A stretch of DNA of 58,934 nucleotides, the filler included, from Sphacelaria rigidula (taxonomy: Eukaryota): assembly GCA_964200075.2 (NCBI GenBank). It is 7 parts of 7 records of this genome, joined end to end, with 100 filler letters (N's around TTAATTAATTAA, not from the genome) between each part and the next. Parts side by side here need not be neighbours in the genome. Positions count along the whole stretch, not along the records: positions 1 to 8,334 come from CAXNAA020011484.1; positions 8,435 to 16,768 come from CAXNAA020011485.1; 5 more parts are not named here. The stretch is one strand, 5' to 3'. The position numbers and the translations under genes were made by a program. The notes beneath the pieces are model-generated. The model had not been told where the DNA came from and ran no database searches. It saw nothing but the letters and a program-made list of their open reading frames with translations. How positions within the stretch are numbered: the first letter of the stretch is position 1; each line of letters begins with the position of its first letter. Of the stretch, positions 1-11,399 are shown piece after piece.

Positions 1-620
1 GGGCGGGGTATTGTGCATTAGCGGGGGCAGCAGCTCGCGGGCGGCGGCGTGGTGGGGGGGGGGGGGGGGGGAGTTCGAAGCAGTACAGTGGGATGAGTAC
101 GGTCTAACGATGATGTAAAATATAGCCCGTAACGGCAAATTTTGAATGAACTGGACGACGGGCGTCTTCGTTGCCAGTTCCAGTTTAAGCGACAGGACTG
201 ACTGGTCCAGATAACAACCCTACAATCTAACTTCGGAAGGAGGGTCCGCTCGAACCGCAACATTTGAGAAGATTTTTTCTTTCAATTTCAAAAAATTCGA
301 GAGGTGAAATCTCAGGCTGCAATTACGAAATCACCGGGAGTTACGCCAAACTTGAGGCCCCTTGATCTGGGACATGGTCGTTCAAGGAGCGTTTGGTGGC
401 TGGATCGACAGTCACAGACCTGACTCCAGTGCCGGCATTGCGACGTCATCTCGGTGCAAGACAGATGGGCACCTGGTCACTACTACTCAGCTTGGCGTGG
501 TGTGCTTCATTCGACGGTAGATCGATCAGTGTTGAGAGGGTACTGTAGCAGCGGATTTTCGTGACTGTGGAGCCACAGATAAACAATCATTTGCGGGAGA
601 ATTATTCTGGGGGGGTAGGG

Positions 621-722
621 GGGGGGGGTATACTCATGATCTTACATACCGTAGTCATATGGTCATTGACCTCCCATCCCTACAAAGCAGGGACGGTGCA
701 CGCCGAGTTTCGCCGGACCAGG
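621..722 (+). repeat. Dispersed poly-G-anchored short repeat (longest copy)
   Basis: G-run then TACTCAT...CCGTAGTC...CATTGACC..CATCCCT then ACAAAGC(A/C)GGGACGG(T/A)GCACGCC...CGCCGGACCAG. The first part recurs at 1409-1474 (+), 34977-35042 (-) and 58857-58922 (-). The second part recurs at about 1153-1193 (+), 24823-24870 (-) and 42020-42068 (-). Confidence 0.75.
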
Positions 723-1336
723 CTCGCAATCAATCGTCAAGCGCGAAGAGCCCTGATGTATTCGGCGAGCGGCACGAGGGATGAGCGGTATCCTGCTAAG
801 ATTGTGCGGCCCGAAGCGTACTGATTACATTGTAATTGGATGACAGCCTCCAATGTGTTGCTTCATTTTCTCGTATCGCCACTTCCAGAGACAGTCACGG
901 CTTGCACACTACCTCATGGGTGTCTCACTATTGAAACACTACGTAGTATTATTATTATCCCCTTTGCGCATCCCCTTTGCTCGGACTTGAGGTTCTCCCA
1001 ACCCCGCATAGTATGATCTAGCCCGACCACCATCATGTTTACCGTAAAAAAAACGTGAGCGCACAAAAAACGGTAACCTGGTTGTCTAGCTTACGCAGTG
1101 TGTAGCGTGGTTTACAGCGTCAACGCCACCCCACCCCACAGGGGGTCCGTTCTTACAAAGCCGGGACGGAGCACGCCTGGTCTTCGCCGGACCAGACTGA
1201 TTATGTGTGTGTGTGGGAGGGGGGGGGGGGGGGGGGGCCTGGTTGTGTGGTCGTTGGTGGGGGTGGTCGGATAGGCCCCCTACCTCTTNNNNNNNNNNCC
1301 CCCCGCCCGGGGGGGGCGCGGTGGGGCGAGGGGGGG

Positions 1337-1412
<76 letters not shown>

Positions 1413-1474
1413 TCATTTGGTGCTTGCCGTAGTCGTTTGACCATTGACCACGCATCCCTTTCGCGACGAAGCAC
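1337..1474 (+). repeat. Poly-G tract plus copy of the poly-G-anchored repeat, beside a 10-N gap (1289-1298)
   Basis: About 70 G followed by CACTCATTTGGTGCTTGCCGTAGTCGTTTGACCATTGACCACGCATCCCTTT, which closely matches the reverse complements at 34977 and 58857. Confidence 0.85.
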
Positions 1475-3494
1475 CGTTCCTACTTCTGATAGAGACACAA
1501 CCAACACTTGGGCGCTCATTACGCTTCGTCCATGCACCCCACAAAGACCTTTTTACGTATCTTGTTCGAGGAGGGGTATTTTGTTTGGGGTGTGTGGAGA
1601 AACTGTCTAGCTGTAGACTTATTTTCATCCATCACAAACGAGGAAAGCCTTGATTTTTTACTATTTTGGCATCTGAAATACCCAACCAAAGCATTACAAT
1701 TTGATATGCTCAACGTCTTCCCCGTGGGCTGTCGCATGTCTACATGGCAGCGCTGTGTAACTGTCAAAGTTAGCGAAGCAAATGTGGCGCGGCGCCACTA
1801 TAAACGTTACCGAATTACGCAGTATAATGCAGAGTATGATCTGTTTCGGTTGGTCATCATCTTGTGATTTCTATTGGCGGGCAACTTAAACAGATCGGTC
1901 ACGGGATATATCCATATGTTGGCATTTGGTCCTCAGATCATTTCTAATACTGTAGGGATATAGGTTTTATGTTTTCATACCGCTGTACCACATAGGCAAT
2001 GTTCTCACACATCATAACCCTCCATACGTAGCGACGATTGGAGTCAGGTGTCGTCGTCGTCGTCGTTGTCATCGTCATCGTCGTTGTCGTTGCTGTTGTT
2101 TTCACGTAAAAAATCGTTCCGATCTCTGCGCAGTACTTCTTACTTCAATACTGGACATCTGATTATGCCGGCACCCTCCGACAATGTTTTCGTGAGATGG
2201 AGAGTAGAGCGCTGATTGAGACTGGCTTTTACCCCTCTTTTTCACTGGATTTTGTTTTATTTCGTTGGTTTTGTTCTTTGCCTTAATCACTGTCGTGTAC
2301 TCACAGCTGCACGTCGATATCCTGCTCAGGGGTATCGGTGGCTTCAATAGCAAGCTATTACAGAAAGCATATCAGGTCTCGTGGAGGGGCATTTCGGCGC
2401 TGAAACGATTCATTCACCAATTGACCGCTTCTTACTCTCAATCTTATCCTCTACTCTCGATCTCACGAAAACGTTGTTTTACGTGGTCAAAGGCTAGCTA
2501 CCCCCCCCCAAAAGGGTATAAGGATATAAAACAAGAATGAAAAAGGACCCAGAACAAAAAACGCGATGTAACAAAAATAAATGATGCTAAATCCCGCGAG
2601 GTTCAAGGCATCGCATTGTTCTTCCGTTCTCACGAAAATAATGCAAAAGTGCCTCACCCTTCGACAGCGAGCGTCGCCTCGGAATAGTTCACTGGCGGAC
2701 AGTCCGGGGGCATCCGAGGTTTTCCGGGGGGCGGGGGGTGGGTTTCGACCGGGGGTGTGGGCTAGTTTACAGGACAGCCGAAAAGCTCACCACGTCGACC
2801 ATGCGCTTTTGGGATTTTCCCAAAGAGAATGACAAGCCAAGAAGGAGACCCGAGAGGAGCACAGTGACCATTCTGACCAATCATGGCTATTCAAATGGTC
2901 ACTTTGTTGCCCTGCAGATGGAATACAGGTGGCCTACTTCGCTGCTGAGGCGTATTTCTCATTACAACTCAACCATAGATGGCATGTACACAAGCAAAGC
3001 GCTTTTCACTCTGCTCGTCGTCTGCCGCCTTCCTGACCCCTCATGTGTTGCCAGCATAGTGTTGGTGTGGAACGCTAAGCAGAGACATCAGCAGCATTTT
3101 GTGTACTGTGTCCAGTGGAGAACAATGATACGCTGACCGTTTTTTCCCGGTGTGTCCAGCAGCGAAGACATAGAGCACACGTACTACGACTCTGCACGCA
3201 ATTAACTGCAAGGTCGAAACCGGTCAGGCATCCTCCGGGACTGCTTTCTCTAAAGATGCTAAACATCCACATGTTCGTGGAAGAGGCGGTTTGTTTAGAG
3301 AGAAAATAGCTGTTTTGAACCCCAAATGTGGGGTAGTCCATCTCAGTCCACCTGCAGGGGGGTCGCTGTCTAGGGATGAGTTTTGATCAACACGGAGGAA
3401 CGATACGATGAGAAAAAAAAAAAGAGTAAAAAAACGGTCAACACGCGTGGGTTGTTTGTGACAACCAGTCTCATTATCGTGTTTTCTTCGTTAG

Positions 3495-3704
3495 CCCCTT
3501 GGCCACCAGGGTAGGTCACCTGGGGCATGCATTCACTTTTCAAGTAAAAACAAAGCCGATTCAACAGTTGGTCTACTCTCACAGCCAAAAGGGTAATCCT
3601 TTGACCGCCAGGGTAGGCGATCTTTTGAGTCGGCATTACTTGAACCTAAACAATAGTACGAATGGTGCCGATCCGACATATCGCCTACACTCGCGGTCAA
3701 AGGG
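3495..3704. mobile_element. Tandem pair of ~100-bp palindromic MITEs (piggyBac-like ends)
   Basis: CCCTTTGACCGCCAGGG...CTCGCGGTCAAAGGG termini with an inner (A)TCGGCAT...TGCCGAT inverted repeat, flanked by TTAG/GTAA/CTAA. Related copies lie at 6081, 10596-10804 and 17365. Confidence 0.65.
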
Positions 3705-4160
3705 CTAAGGCGAGCCCTATGGTCGATGAATCTGGTACAGCAATTCGCACGACTGCCGCGCAGCCGTGCCCAGACAAGACAAAATATCCAAGACATAAGC
3801 TACAGTATTAATGGTGCACTCGGCTCAGAGGACACAACGGCCAAAATGCAGAAATGGTTAGACGCTGGGGATTACTCATGTGTAGCTATGCACGACCCGA
3901 AAAACAAAACGAGATGATCACCTCGAAGTAGGTACCCACACCTGCAAAATTATTTTTCCCCCCAGTTCAGATTGTCCCCTCAGATAATACCGATATCTGT
4001 CAATAAATGCCCGTCGATGTGAGCTGAAACAAATCACTTCATCACACACCCTCCCTTCGTTTCACTCAGTATCAATGATCCCACGAACGGTCGACAGCAC
4101 TTTACTGCCGAGAACCAGTAGATAATGCTTGTACCCGCCGGGGGAAAACAATTCAACCGC

Positions 4161-4420
4161 GGACACTTTCTACGATAGCCCCCCCCCCCCCCAAACAGTG
4201 CATGGTTTTCAGAGGCAAAATCTTCACGTAAATCAAAGTGGGAAAAGCCGAGCACAACGAGCACCTGGGAATTCCCACGCTTGGGTTCGTTCCAGCCAAT
4301 GTCGCCAAGATGAGGCACTTCATGCACAGCCTGAACCCAAACATCAGGCGCTGTACGGCCATTTTTTTCGTGACCCTTTTGGGCTGGTTTTGGGGGGGGG
4401 GGCTATCGTAAAAAGTGTCC
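4161..4420. mobile_element. ~260-bp MITE with GGACACTTTCTACGATAGCCCCC terminal inverted repeats
   Basis: The TIR pair is visible, and the internal sequence is shared with copies at 23351-23607, 40844-41073 and 53173-53422. Confidence 0.85.
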
Positions 4421-6080
4421 GCGCACAAATACCGCGAACTCTCACGTACTTCACGATGATAAATTTCAAGGTCTGAATACCCTCCTCAACACGCCACACG
4501 CGATATTCCGTCGCTTAGATGACCCCATGAATGGCAATGTTAAACTTGGTTCGTGACATGATGGCAGAGCAATCAATATGCAACTGAGATCCAGAGCAAA
4601 TCCAAGTCTCTTCGTATCATCTCGAAGTTGCTGGTCATCATGTCCTCACGCGCATGACGTAATAGGGTCACTCACTCAGACACATGTATGTACTCCTCCT
4701 TCAAATCCAGTTAAAGAGGCGCGAATTTGAGAAGCCCACACGTGAACAGCACGCTTTGGCCACCTCACTAGCTACTATGTGCTCTGCCTCAGTACCGGAT
4801 AACGATACATTGCCCTGGATCCTCTGCACACCAGCCACAATTGCGCTTCTAGACTACAAAACACATTCCGACACAGATCGTGTTCCTCCGAGTTGGCAGA
4901 GTCGGCGTCGACGTATGCCACTAGTCCCTCATTTGAACAACGCTCGAAGATGATACCTAAAATCGCGCGTGCTATTCGGTACTGCAGGATGCGATTCACC
5001 CTCGGACAGTCGAAGTAGTAAAAATCATGAACATGACACGGCACGTTCCTCACAGCGTTCGCGATACATCGGTGAGTGTCATTCGCCAGCCACATTATCG
5101 CTCCCACCGCCTATGCCTGCACGGAAGATCCACCTCAGGTCCACTCTCGTCCACCTTCGTCGCATTTTTGGATGAAGTAGATGCGGGGATCGCGGATGTA
5201 AGCGCGATATCAAACTTGTCGATGACCTTTTCTACAATCGCGGAGTTGAAAATACCGTTGTCCCAGTTGCGCTCGTACGTATATCCGCCGTATAATGCCA
5301 AATCATGTATTCTTCACGGGGAAAATATAGTAGCAAAGCTCCCTTGAGCTTCGCTGACTCCTCCTTGTTACATACCGCAAGGTAATTCATATGCACAGTC
5401 AGGAACGCGTTCGCATGACATTTCTTCACCAGCCTGAAAACGCACGATTCAATCAAGCACTGTTTGAACTCGTACCACTCTGTCCCATAATATAAGGTCG
5501 GTTCCAGTTGAGCGTGTTACGAGTGGTTTGAAACTGCCATCCTTCGTGACAATGCTTTTGCAACAATGATAAGGCGGCCTGACGCCAAAGTCCCACCTGG
5601 AACGCGGGGATGGTTCGTATCTATCACCCCCTGGGGATACCCGGGGACGGCAGAGATTTCTCCAGTAAGGAAATGTGGCTTTTTTCAAAACGCTCTTACG
5701 GGGCCAAGAAGTACTCTGTTTGCACCATTTTTTATCGTTTTTTATCGTCTCTCTGGACTTCTACGCGAATGCCTATTTTCTTTATCAGCGATGATATCGG
5801 TGCACACCAAGTGAAATATCCCAAACTAAAAAGCCCATCCGACTTTGAGGCAAGAGGAGGGAACTCCAAAAAAAGGAGAAAGGTCAGGCATGCGGGGGAA
5901 AAAACGTGGTCGTTGCGGGGCTCGAATCCACGTCCAAAAATTCGACCTTGGAGTGCAGATATCCTGTTTTTTGTCCATATTGACCTTATATTATAGGACA
6001 GAGTGGTACTTCTTACGGTCTGTTACACGCTTTCCGTTTCACGCCGTGCCTGCTTGCTTGAGCCCATGGAGCGCTCTTGA

Positions 6081-6179
6081 TCCTTTGACCACCAGAGCGG
6101 ACGATTTAGGTGACTGATTCACGTTTTGAGTGAAAATGATGCCGATTCGACAGACGACTTACCTTGGCGGTCCAAAAGG
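6081..6179. mobile_element. piggyBac-like palindromic MITE nested in copia RT
   Basis: TCCTTTGACCACCAGAG...ATGCCGATTC...CTTGGCGGTCCAAAAGG, same family as 3598-3704. Confidence 0.6.
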
Positions 6180-6228
6180 TTGGGACCCCAGCGTAGCGTC
6201 CGGACAAATCACCACAACCCTCCGTTGA

Positions 6229-6513
6229 GGCCCATTATTATCGACACTGTTTTTTCAGACATCATTTGAAGTTGTCGGGACTGGCCAAGTACCTGATGAT
6301 CTTCAAATCCTTGCGAGCGTCACGGCGTTTTCACAGGGCTGCTCTCCGAATTGCTGCGTTGCAGTCCGAGGTTTTTTGGACTTCTCCAAAAATAAACCTT
6401 CGGAGAACAAATCAATTCGCGTCAGTCATTCTCGGAGAATTCTGAACTTACAGTCCGAAAACTCTGAAAAAAATCGATATGTCTGGGAAAAATAGTGTCG
6501 ATAATCATGGGCC
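6229..6513. mobile_element. PIF/Harbinger (Tourist)-like MITE inserted in copia RT
   Basis: TIRs GGCCCAT(T/G)ATTATCGACACT(G/A)TTTTT..CAGACAT with 3-bp flanks TGA/TAA. Removing the element rejoins the RT peptide EEILRL with EGCGDLSG. Confidence 0.75.
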
Positions 6514-8334
6514 TAAGCGCAGGATCTCCTCCTCTACAAGTGACTGAATGAACGCTCGTTCCACGAGTAAGTGACACATCTCGAGGTTATCTTGGCACGC
6601 ACGCGCAGTGAGGACGCGTGGCGCAAGACGAAGTGGGGATGGGGCGAAGGCATAATCGAAACCAACATCAGACCGCTGGAAATCTCCCAAACACGCAAAC
6701 CTAGCCTTGGGTTTGGTGGCAAACCTAGCCTTGGGTTTGGTGACAAACCCATCGTGATTGATCTTGCAACTATACAGCCCCTTTCGTACCAATGCTTTTG
6801 CACGCTTCCCGGAGCTGACTACCACCTCGAAAGGCCTTTGTCCCCATCGACTCAGTGAATTCACCCTGAATTTCTCCTCCCTACACGTTTCTGTCCCCCG
6901 ATTCGAGTACATTACGGCGCGTTTCGAGCGCCCGCTCTTTTACATCAGTTACGTGACTCTTGAATATCATACTCCACCATACTCTATATTATATCAGTTA
7001 CGTGACTCTTGAATACCATACTCCGCTGAATGGGCCGTGAAAATCACTGACCAGCTCGCGAAGTTGATGCCCCCAGCTAGGTCCGTCAGTGCCGGGACGC
7101 TCTGCTGTCGTGCGTGAGTTTGCTGTCGCGTACCACCCAGCGCACGCGGCTCGAGTGCGGGGGGACTTGCCCCCGCCTTGCTGCTGTTGTTGCTGTCCAG
7201 CTCACCGTCTTCCATCACCGACGACAACTGCTGCTACTGTTGTTGCTGTTGTTGCTATCGTTGCTGCCCATGAGTACGAGTTTGCTGTGGCGTACACCTC
7301 AGCCTTCGCCAACGAGTCTCCCATCACCCGCCTCGCTGAAGGTGACGTTCACCGCACCACAAGCTTCGCGATCGTCGGGTTTTACCAACTGTTTCTTGTC
7401 CTTCCCGCCCGAAACGGTATCAGCGGGAAATGCTGCAACTGGGGATTTAGGTCCACTGTCCTTCTGGCTTGGACGCTCGAAGGAGTTGCAAGAGTTGATT
7501 TCGACGATTATTCTTCGTTGGATCAGCATCGACGGCATCCATCCACCTAATGCTTGCACGGGTGACGGGCGTAGAAACTCGAACCCTTTCTTCTGCATCG
7601 GTTTCATCGTCGGAGTGGGCCACTCCGTTCGTATCCAGCAAAGTACCCCTCCTTCCCAGCGACGGGAAAACGTCTTGCTGCATGAGTGCAGAGAAATGGC
7701 GCCATGCTAAATTCCGGGTTGTGATCACGTAACAATCCCCGGCCAGCACCCGCATTAAATGTCGGGGATAATTTGTTGGGGGATCCAGTTTGGATGCAAT
7801 CTTGTGCCCTGGCCATATGTTCCGAAGTATGATGTTGTTTTCAATGCCCTGGCTTGAAAAAAAGCCAACAGCCTTTTCTGCAAAGCATCTTATTTGAGGA
7901 TATTATATCAGGGCTAGTAGCTATTGCGCGTCGGCTTATAGGGTCGGCTACGAAATTAAACAGATTCAGCCCACAGCGAGCTCGAAACATCAACGCCGTA
8001 CAGACGGCCAGCATATATTTTTCATCGCCGCTGCCTCTATCATCGCAACCCCGCGTTCTGTCACCCCGATGTACTGGCGATTATCCGCAGGTGTGAATCC
8101 CTGCTTGGAGTCATCCTACGATAGGGGGGGGGGTATTTGATTGCAGGGAGAAGGAGGCTCAAAAGTTTGTCGGACGACCTGCCACACTCGCGGTGCCCTT
8201 GTATTTGGTTCAAAACGGTGTCAATCGGTATGAACGAGCGTTAAACATCTACAACAAGCTCGTTCGAGCAACCGTTGCTGCTTTCAAGGACGATTTGACT
8301 TGGAATTTCGTGCAAGAAGTGGTCCAAAATCCCC

Positions 8335-8434
8335 NNNNNNNNNNNNNNNNNNNNNNNNNNNNNNNNNNNNNNNNNNNNTTAATTAATTAANNNNNNNNNN
8401 NNNNNNNNNNNNNNNNNNNNNNNNNNNNNNNNNN
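8335..8434. other. Artificial scaffold linker N44-TTAATTAATTAA-N44
   Basis: Identical 100-bp spacer with six-frame stops. It recurs at 16769-16868, 25203-25302, 33636-33735, 42069-42168 and 50502-50601; the intervening pieces are 8334 or 8333 bp. Confidence 0.98.
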
Positions 8435-8986
8435 TGAAAGTGTGGGAAAAGCACTGTTTTAGGCTTGAACCTCATTTCGGAGTTAAACCTCAATTCGCAC
8501 AATTTGTTGTTAGTACTGAAAACAAACAAAAGATGAAAAAACTCCTGTGTTGGCCCTCCTCCTGTGTGACCCCGGCCGGTGCGCCCACATATACCGCGAG
8601 GTATAGACCGGCGTCCAGAATAGATGGGACGACAACTCACACACAGTATCGTCAACACAGCCTCCGGATACAAACCCGGCACAGTACACAGCGTTGGGTA
8701 CAAGAGCAGTGCACCTCGGCGTCCGAAAGTCAACAAGTCCTGCACATGTCGGTGTGTCGTACAGCACTTTTGAGTTGAGAGAGCTGATATTTGTACTGTT
8801 GTAGTATTTTGTTGCACTGACTGTGCTGTCTGTAGACAGTTTTGTATGCTTTTTGTAGTAAGTGTTGTGTACTGCACTACTGTGTGTAGTAAAAGTGTGA
8901 GCATGCCCGTGTGTGTACGTTTGCATACTATGAGAAAGTACAGTCATTCCCGATAGAGGTTCACTAACGCAGTAATCCTAGCTGCG

Positions 8987-9252
8987 TGGAGGCGAACAGG
9001 GGAACAGAGACACCTGTCGACCTGGCTGAAGATGACGTGGAAGGGCTGAAGTGGGCCACTCATGCAGACGCTATGAGGACCTCGACAAAATGGCCACACA
9101 ACAGTTGTGTACCTGCGCGAGCGAATGCAAGCTTCACGTTGGGTGGCCATTTTGTCAAGTCCTCGTAGCAGCTGCTTGAGCGGCCCACTCCCGCGCTTTT
9201 GCATCATCATAAGCCAGGTCGACTGGTGTCTCAGCTCCTCCGTTCGCCTCCA
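8987..9252. repeat. Imperfect inverted repeat (~115-bp arms, ~35-nt loop)
   Basis: TGGAGGCGAAC..GAGACACCTGTCGACCTGGCT..GACAAAATGGCCACACAAC pairs with GTTGGGTGGCCATTTTGTC..AGCCAGGTCGACTGGTGTCTC..GTTCGCCTCCA. The ORF track shows mirrored peptides (ETPVDLA). Confidence 0.9.
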
Positions 9253-9699
9253 AATGCTCCTCGTAGTCTTGGTTCACCCTCGTGAACGAGCTGTCATCAC
9301 CAGTGCTGTCGCGGGCGTTCACGGCATTCGCCATCGCCTCACTTACGATATTTTTCCTACGCACGGTACGGCTGTGCTTTGTAAGCTTGGTCGTTATGGG
9401 GCAAGGTATCTAGTTCCGTTTCACACCCCTGAGTGTGGCATCAACCCTTTGGGGTGTTCAGCAACTCAGGGTTTATCTGACAATTTGAAAATAAATCCTG
9501 AGCTGCTGCGCATACCTCTTCTCGGGATTCCGTTTTCGGGGTTTACCTAGGGGAATTCGTCATATCCTGGCCTTAAACGCCAACTTTCTTAATAATCCCT
9601 GAGTTTTTCCTTATCTCTGAGTCCTGGTTTGTGTTTCCGAAACTCCCTATTGATGTGAAAGAACTGAGAGCGCTAATGAAACAGGGAGAACTGTTCACA

Positions 9700-10350
9700 T
9701 GTAGGACAGCTCATGAGCAAGCTCATCTGCGGGCGGTAGCTCACTTGTAGTCCAACATGTATATGCGAGCTACGTCCGATAGCCCAACACAAGGTACACG
9801 TGCGCTGATGAGCTACGGGTTGGTAGCTCACCCAGGACAAACATGCGTAGCTCATGCAGCTTTCATAGCTCACCCAGGACGAATATGAGCTGATGAGCTA
9901 CGGGTTGGTAGCTCACCCAGGACAAACATGCGTAGCTCATGCAGCTTTCATAGCTCACCCAGGACGAATATGAGCTGATGAGCTATATACGGGTTGGTAG
10001 CTCACCCAGGGGAAACTTGCGTAGCTCATGCAGCTCTCACAGCTCTCCCAGGACGAATATGAGCTGATGAGCTACGGTTTGGTAGCTCACCTATCGCAAA
10101 CGTGCGTGGCCCATACAGCTCCCATAGCTCACTCAGGGCGAATATGAGCTGATGAGCTACGGGTTGATACCTCACCCAGAGCAAACATGTGCAGCTCATG
10201 TAGCTCTCACAGTTCACTCAGGGAAAACATGTGCGGATGAGCTATGCTCGATAGACGACTCAAGGCAAACATGTGTAGCTCACGCAGCTCTTGTAGCTCA
10301 CCTGGGGAAAACATGAGCGGGTGAGCTACGCCCGGTAGCTCACCCTAGGG
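9700..10350 (+). repeat. AGCT-rich satellite, 85-bp unit (two ~42-bp subunits), block 1
   Basis: CTGATGAGCTA recurs at 9805, 9890, 9975, 10064 and 10149. Confidence 0.95.
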
Positions 10351-10595
10351 ACACATGGTCGTGGCTCACTCATGTCATATGCCTAGCCCGCCGCTGGCCA
10401 ACCCCGTGTCGCTCATCATGCAACATTCTTGTTCGAACGGATGGCGCTACATATCATTAAGTTGTGATGTTTCGCCTCACTCTTCACGATAGAAAGAAAA
10501 GAAACCAACACATATCTTCGTTCGCTTGGTCGGATGGTTAAAAAAAGTTTTAATATTCAGTGTCTACAATAATGGACCGATTCATTTTTTTTGAT

Positions 10596-10804
10596 CGGTT
10601 GGCCGCGAGGGCACGAGGCCATCTGGTCATGTATACGTATTTCAAGTGAAATTAGACCCGATTCAACAGGTGACTTATGCTCGCCGTCAAGGGGTTAGCT
10701 CTTTGACCGCGAGGGTTGGTGATCTGATAAATAATCATACTTTACTTAATTTTCGGGAGTGAGTGATGCCGATTCAGAGACATACTACCCTCGCGGTCAA
10801 AGGG
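10596..10804. mobile_element. Tandem pair of piggyBac-like MITEs separated by TTAG
   Basis: ...CTCGCCGTCAAGGGG|TTAG|CTCTTTGACCGCGAGGG...ATGCCGATTC...CCCTCGCGGTCAAAGGG. Confidence 0.6.
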
Positions 10805-10814
10805 ATAAGCAATC

Positions 10815-11345
10815 GTAGCTCTCATAGCTCTCATAGCTCTCATAGCTCATCCAGGGCAATTATTTGCAGCTCACCTAGCTCTCATAGCTTATCCAGAGAA
10901 AACCTGTGTAGCTCATGCATCTCTCATAGCTCATTCAGGGCAAATATGTGTAGCTCATGCAGCTCTCATAGCTCATCCGAGGCAAACATGCGTAGCTCAT
11001 GCAGCTCTCATAGCTCACCCAGGACCGATATGAGCTGATGAGCTACGGGTTGGTAGCTCACCTATGGCAAACTTGCGTAGCTCATACAGCTCTCATAGCT
11101 CACCCAGGACGAATATGAGCTGATGAGCTACGAGTTGATAGCTCACCTATCGCGAACGTGCGTAGCTCATACAGCTCCCATAGCTCACCCAGGACGAATA
11201 TGAGCTGATGAGCAGCTACGGGTTGGTGGCTCACGTACGGTAAACATGCGTAGCTCATACAGCTCTCATAACTCACCCCCCCAAAAACATGAGTAGCTCA
11301 TGTAGCTATCACAGCTCACTAGGGAGCTACGCTCAAGAAGAGCTA
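10815..11345 (+). repeat. AGCT-rich satellite, block 2 (same unit and orientation)
   Basis: TAGCTCACCCAGGACGAATATGAGCTGATGAGCTACGGGTTGG units and 42-bp CAGCTCTCATAGCTCA subunits. Confidence 0.95.
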
Positions 11346-11399
11346 GCTCGAGCTGTAGGGAGCTGATCTGTCCGACGTGTGGAACTGTTTGAGCTAGCG

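Larger units (their letters stand above)
4500..7880 (-). mobile_element. Decayed Ty1/copia LTR-retrotransposon pol (integrase C-terminus, RT, RNase H), interrupted by nested MITEs
   Basis: Minus-strand peptides appear in copia order: AFFKPG..AQDC..NYPRHLMRVL..VITTRNLAWRH (integrase tail); DGFVTKPKARF..GDFQ..FAPSP..HLLVERAFIQSLVEEEILRL and EGCGDLSG (RT); FKQCLIESCVFRL; GAIMWLANDT..IANAVR..LGIIF..YVDADSA; VSLSGTEAEHIVASEVAK (RNase H). Many stops and frameshifts. Confidence 0.88.

Noticed and set aside
1086-1537. Poly-Pro and poly-Gly ORFs
   Set aside because: Translations of a G homopolymer next to an N-gap; not genes.
8193-8334. Exon-like frame (VQNGVNRYERALNIYNKLVRATVAAFKDDLTWNF)
   Set aside because: Truncated by the scaffold end, with no recognisable family motif.
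8379-8390. TTAATTAATTAA as a biological motif or piggyBac site
   Set aside because: It is the centre of the artificial linker, repeated six times.
9700-11345. CRISPR-like appearance of regular repeats
   Set aside because: Units are contiguous with no unique spacers, there are no cas genes, and the context is eukaryotic.
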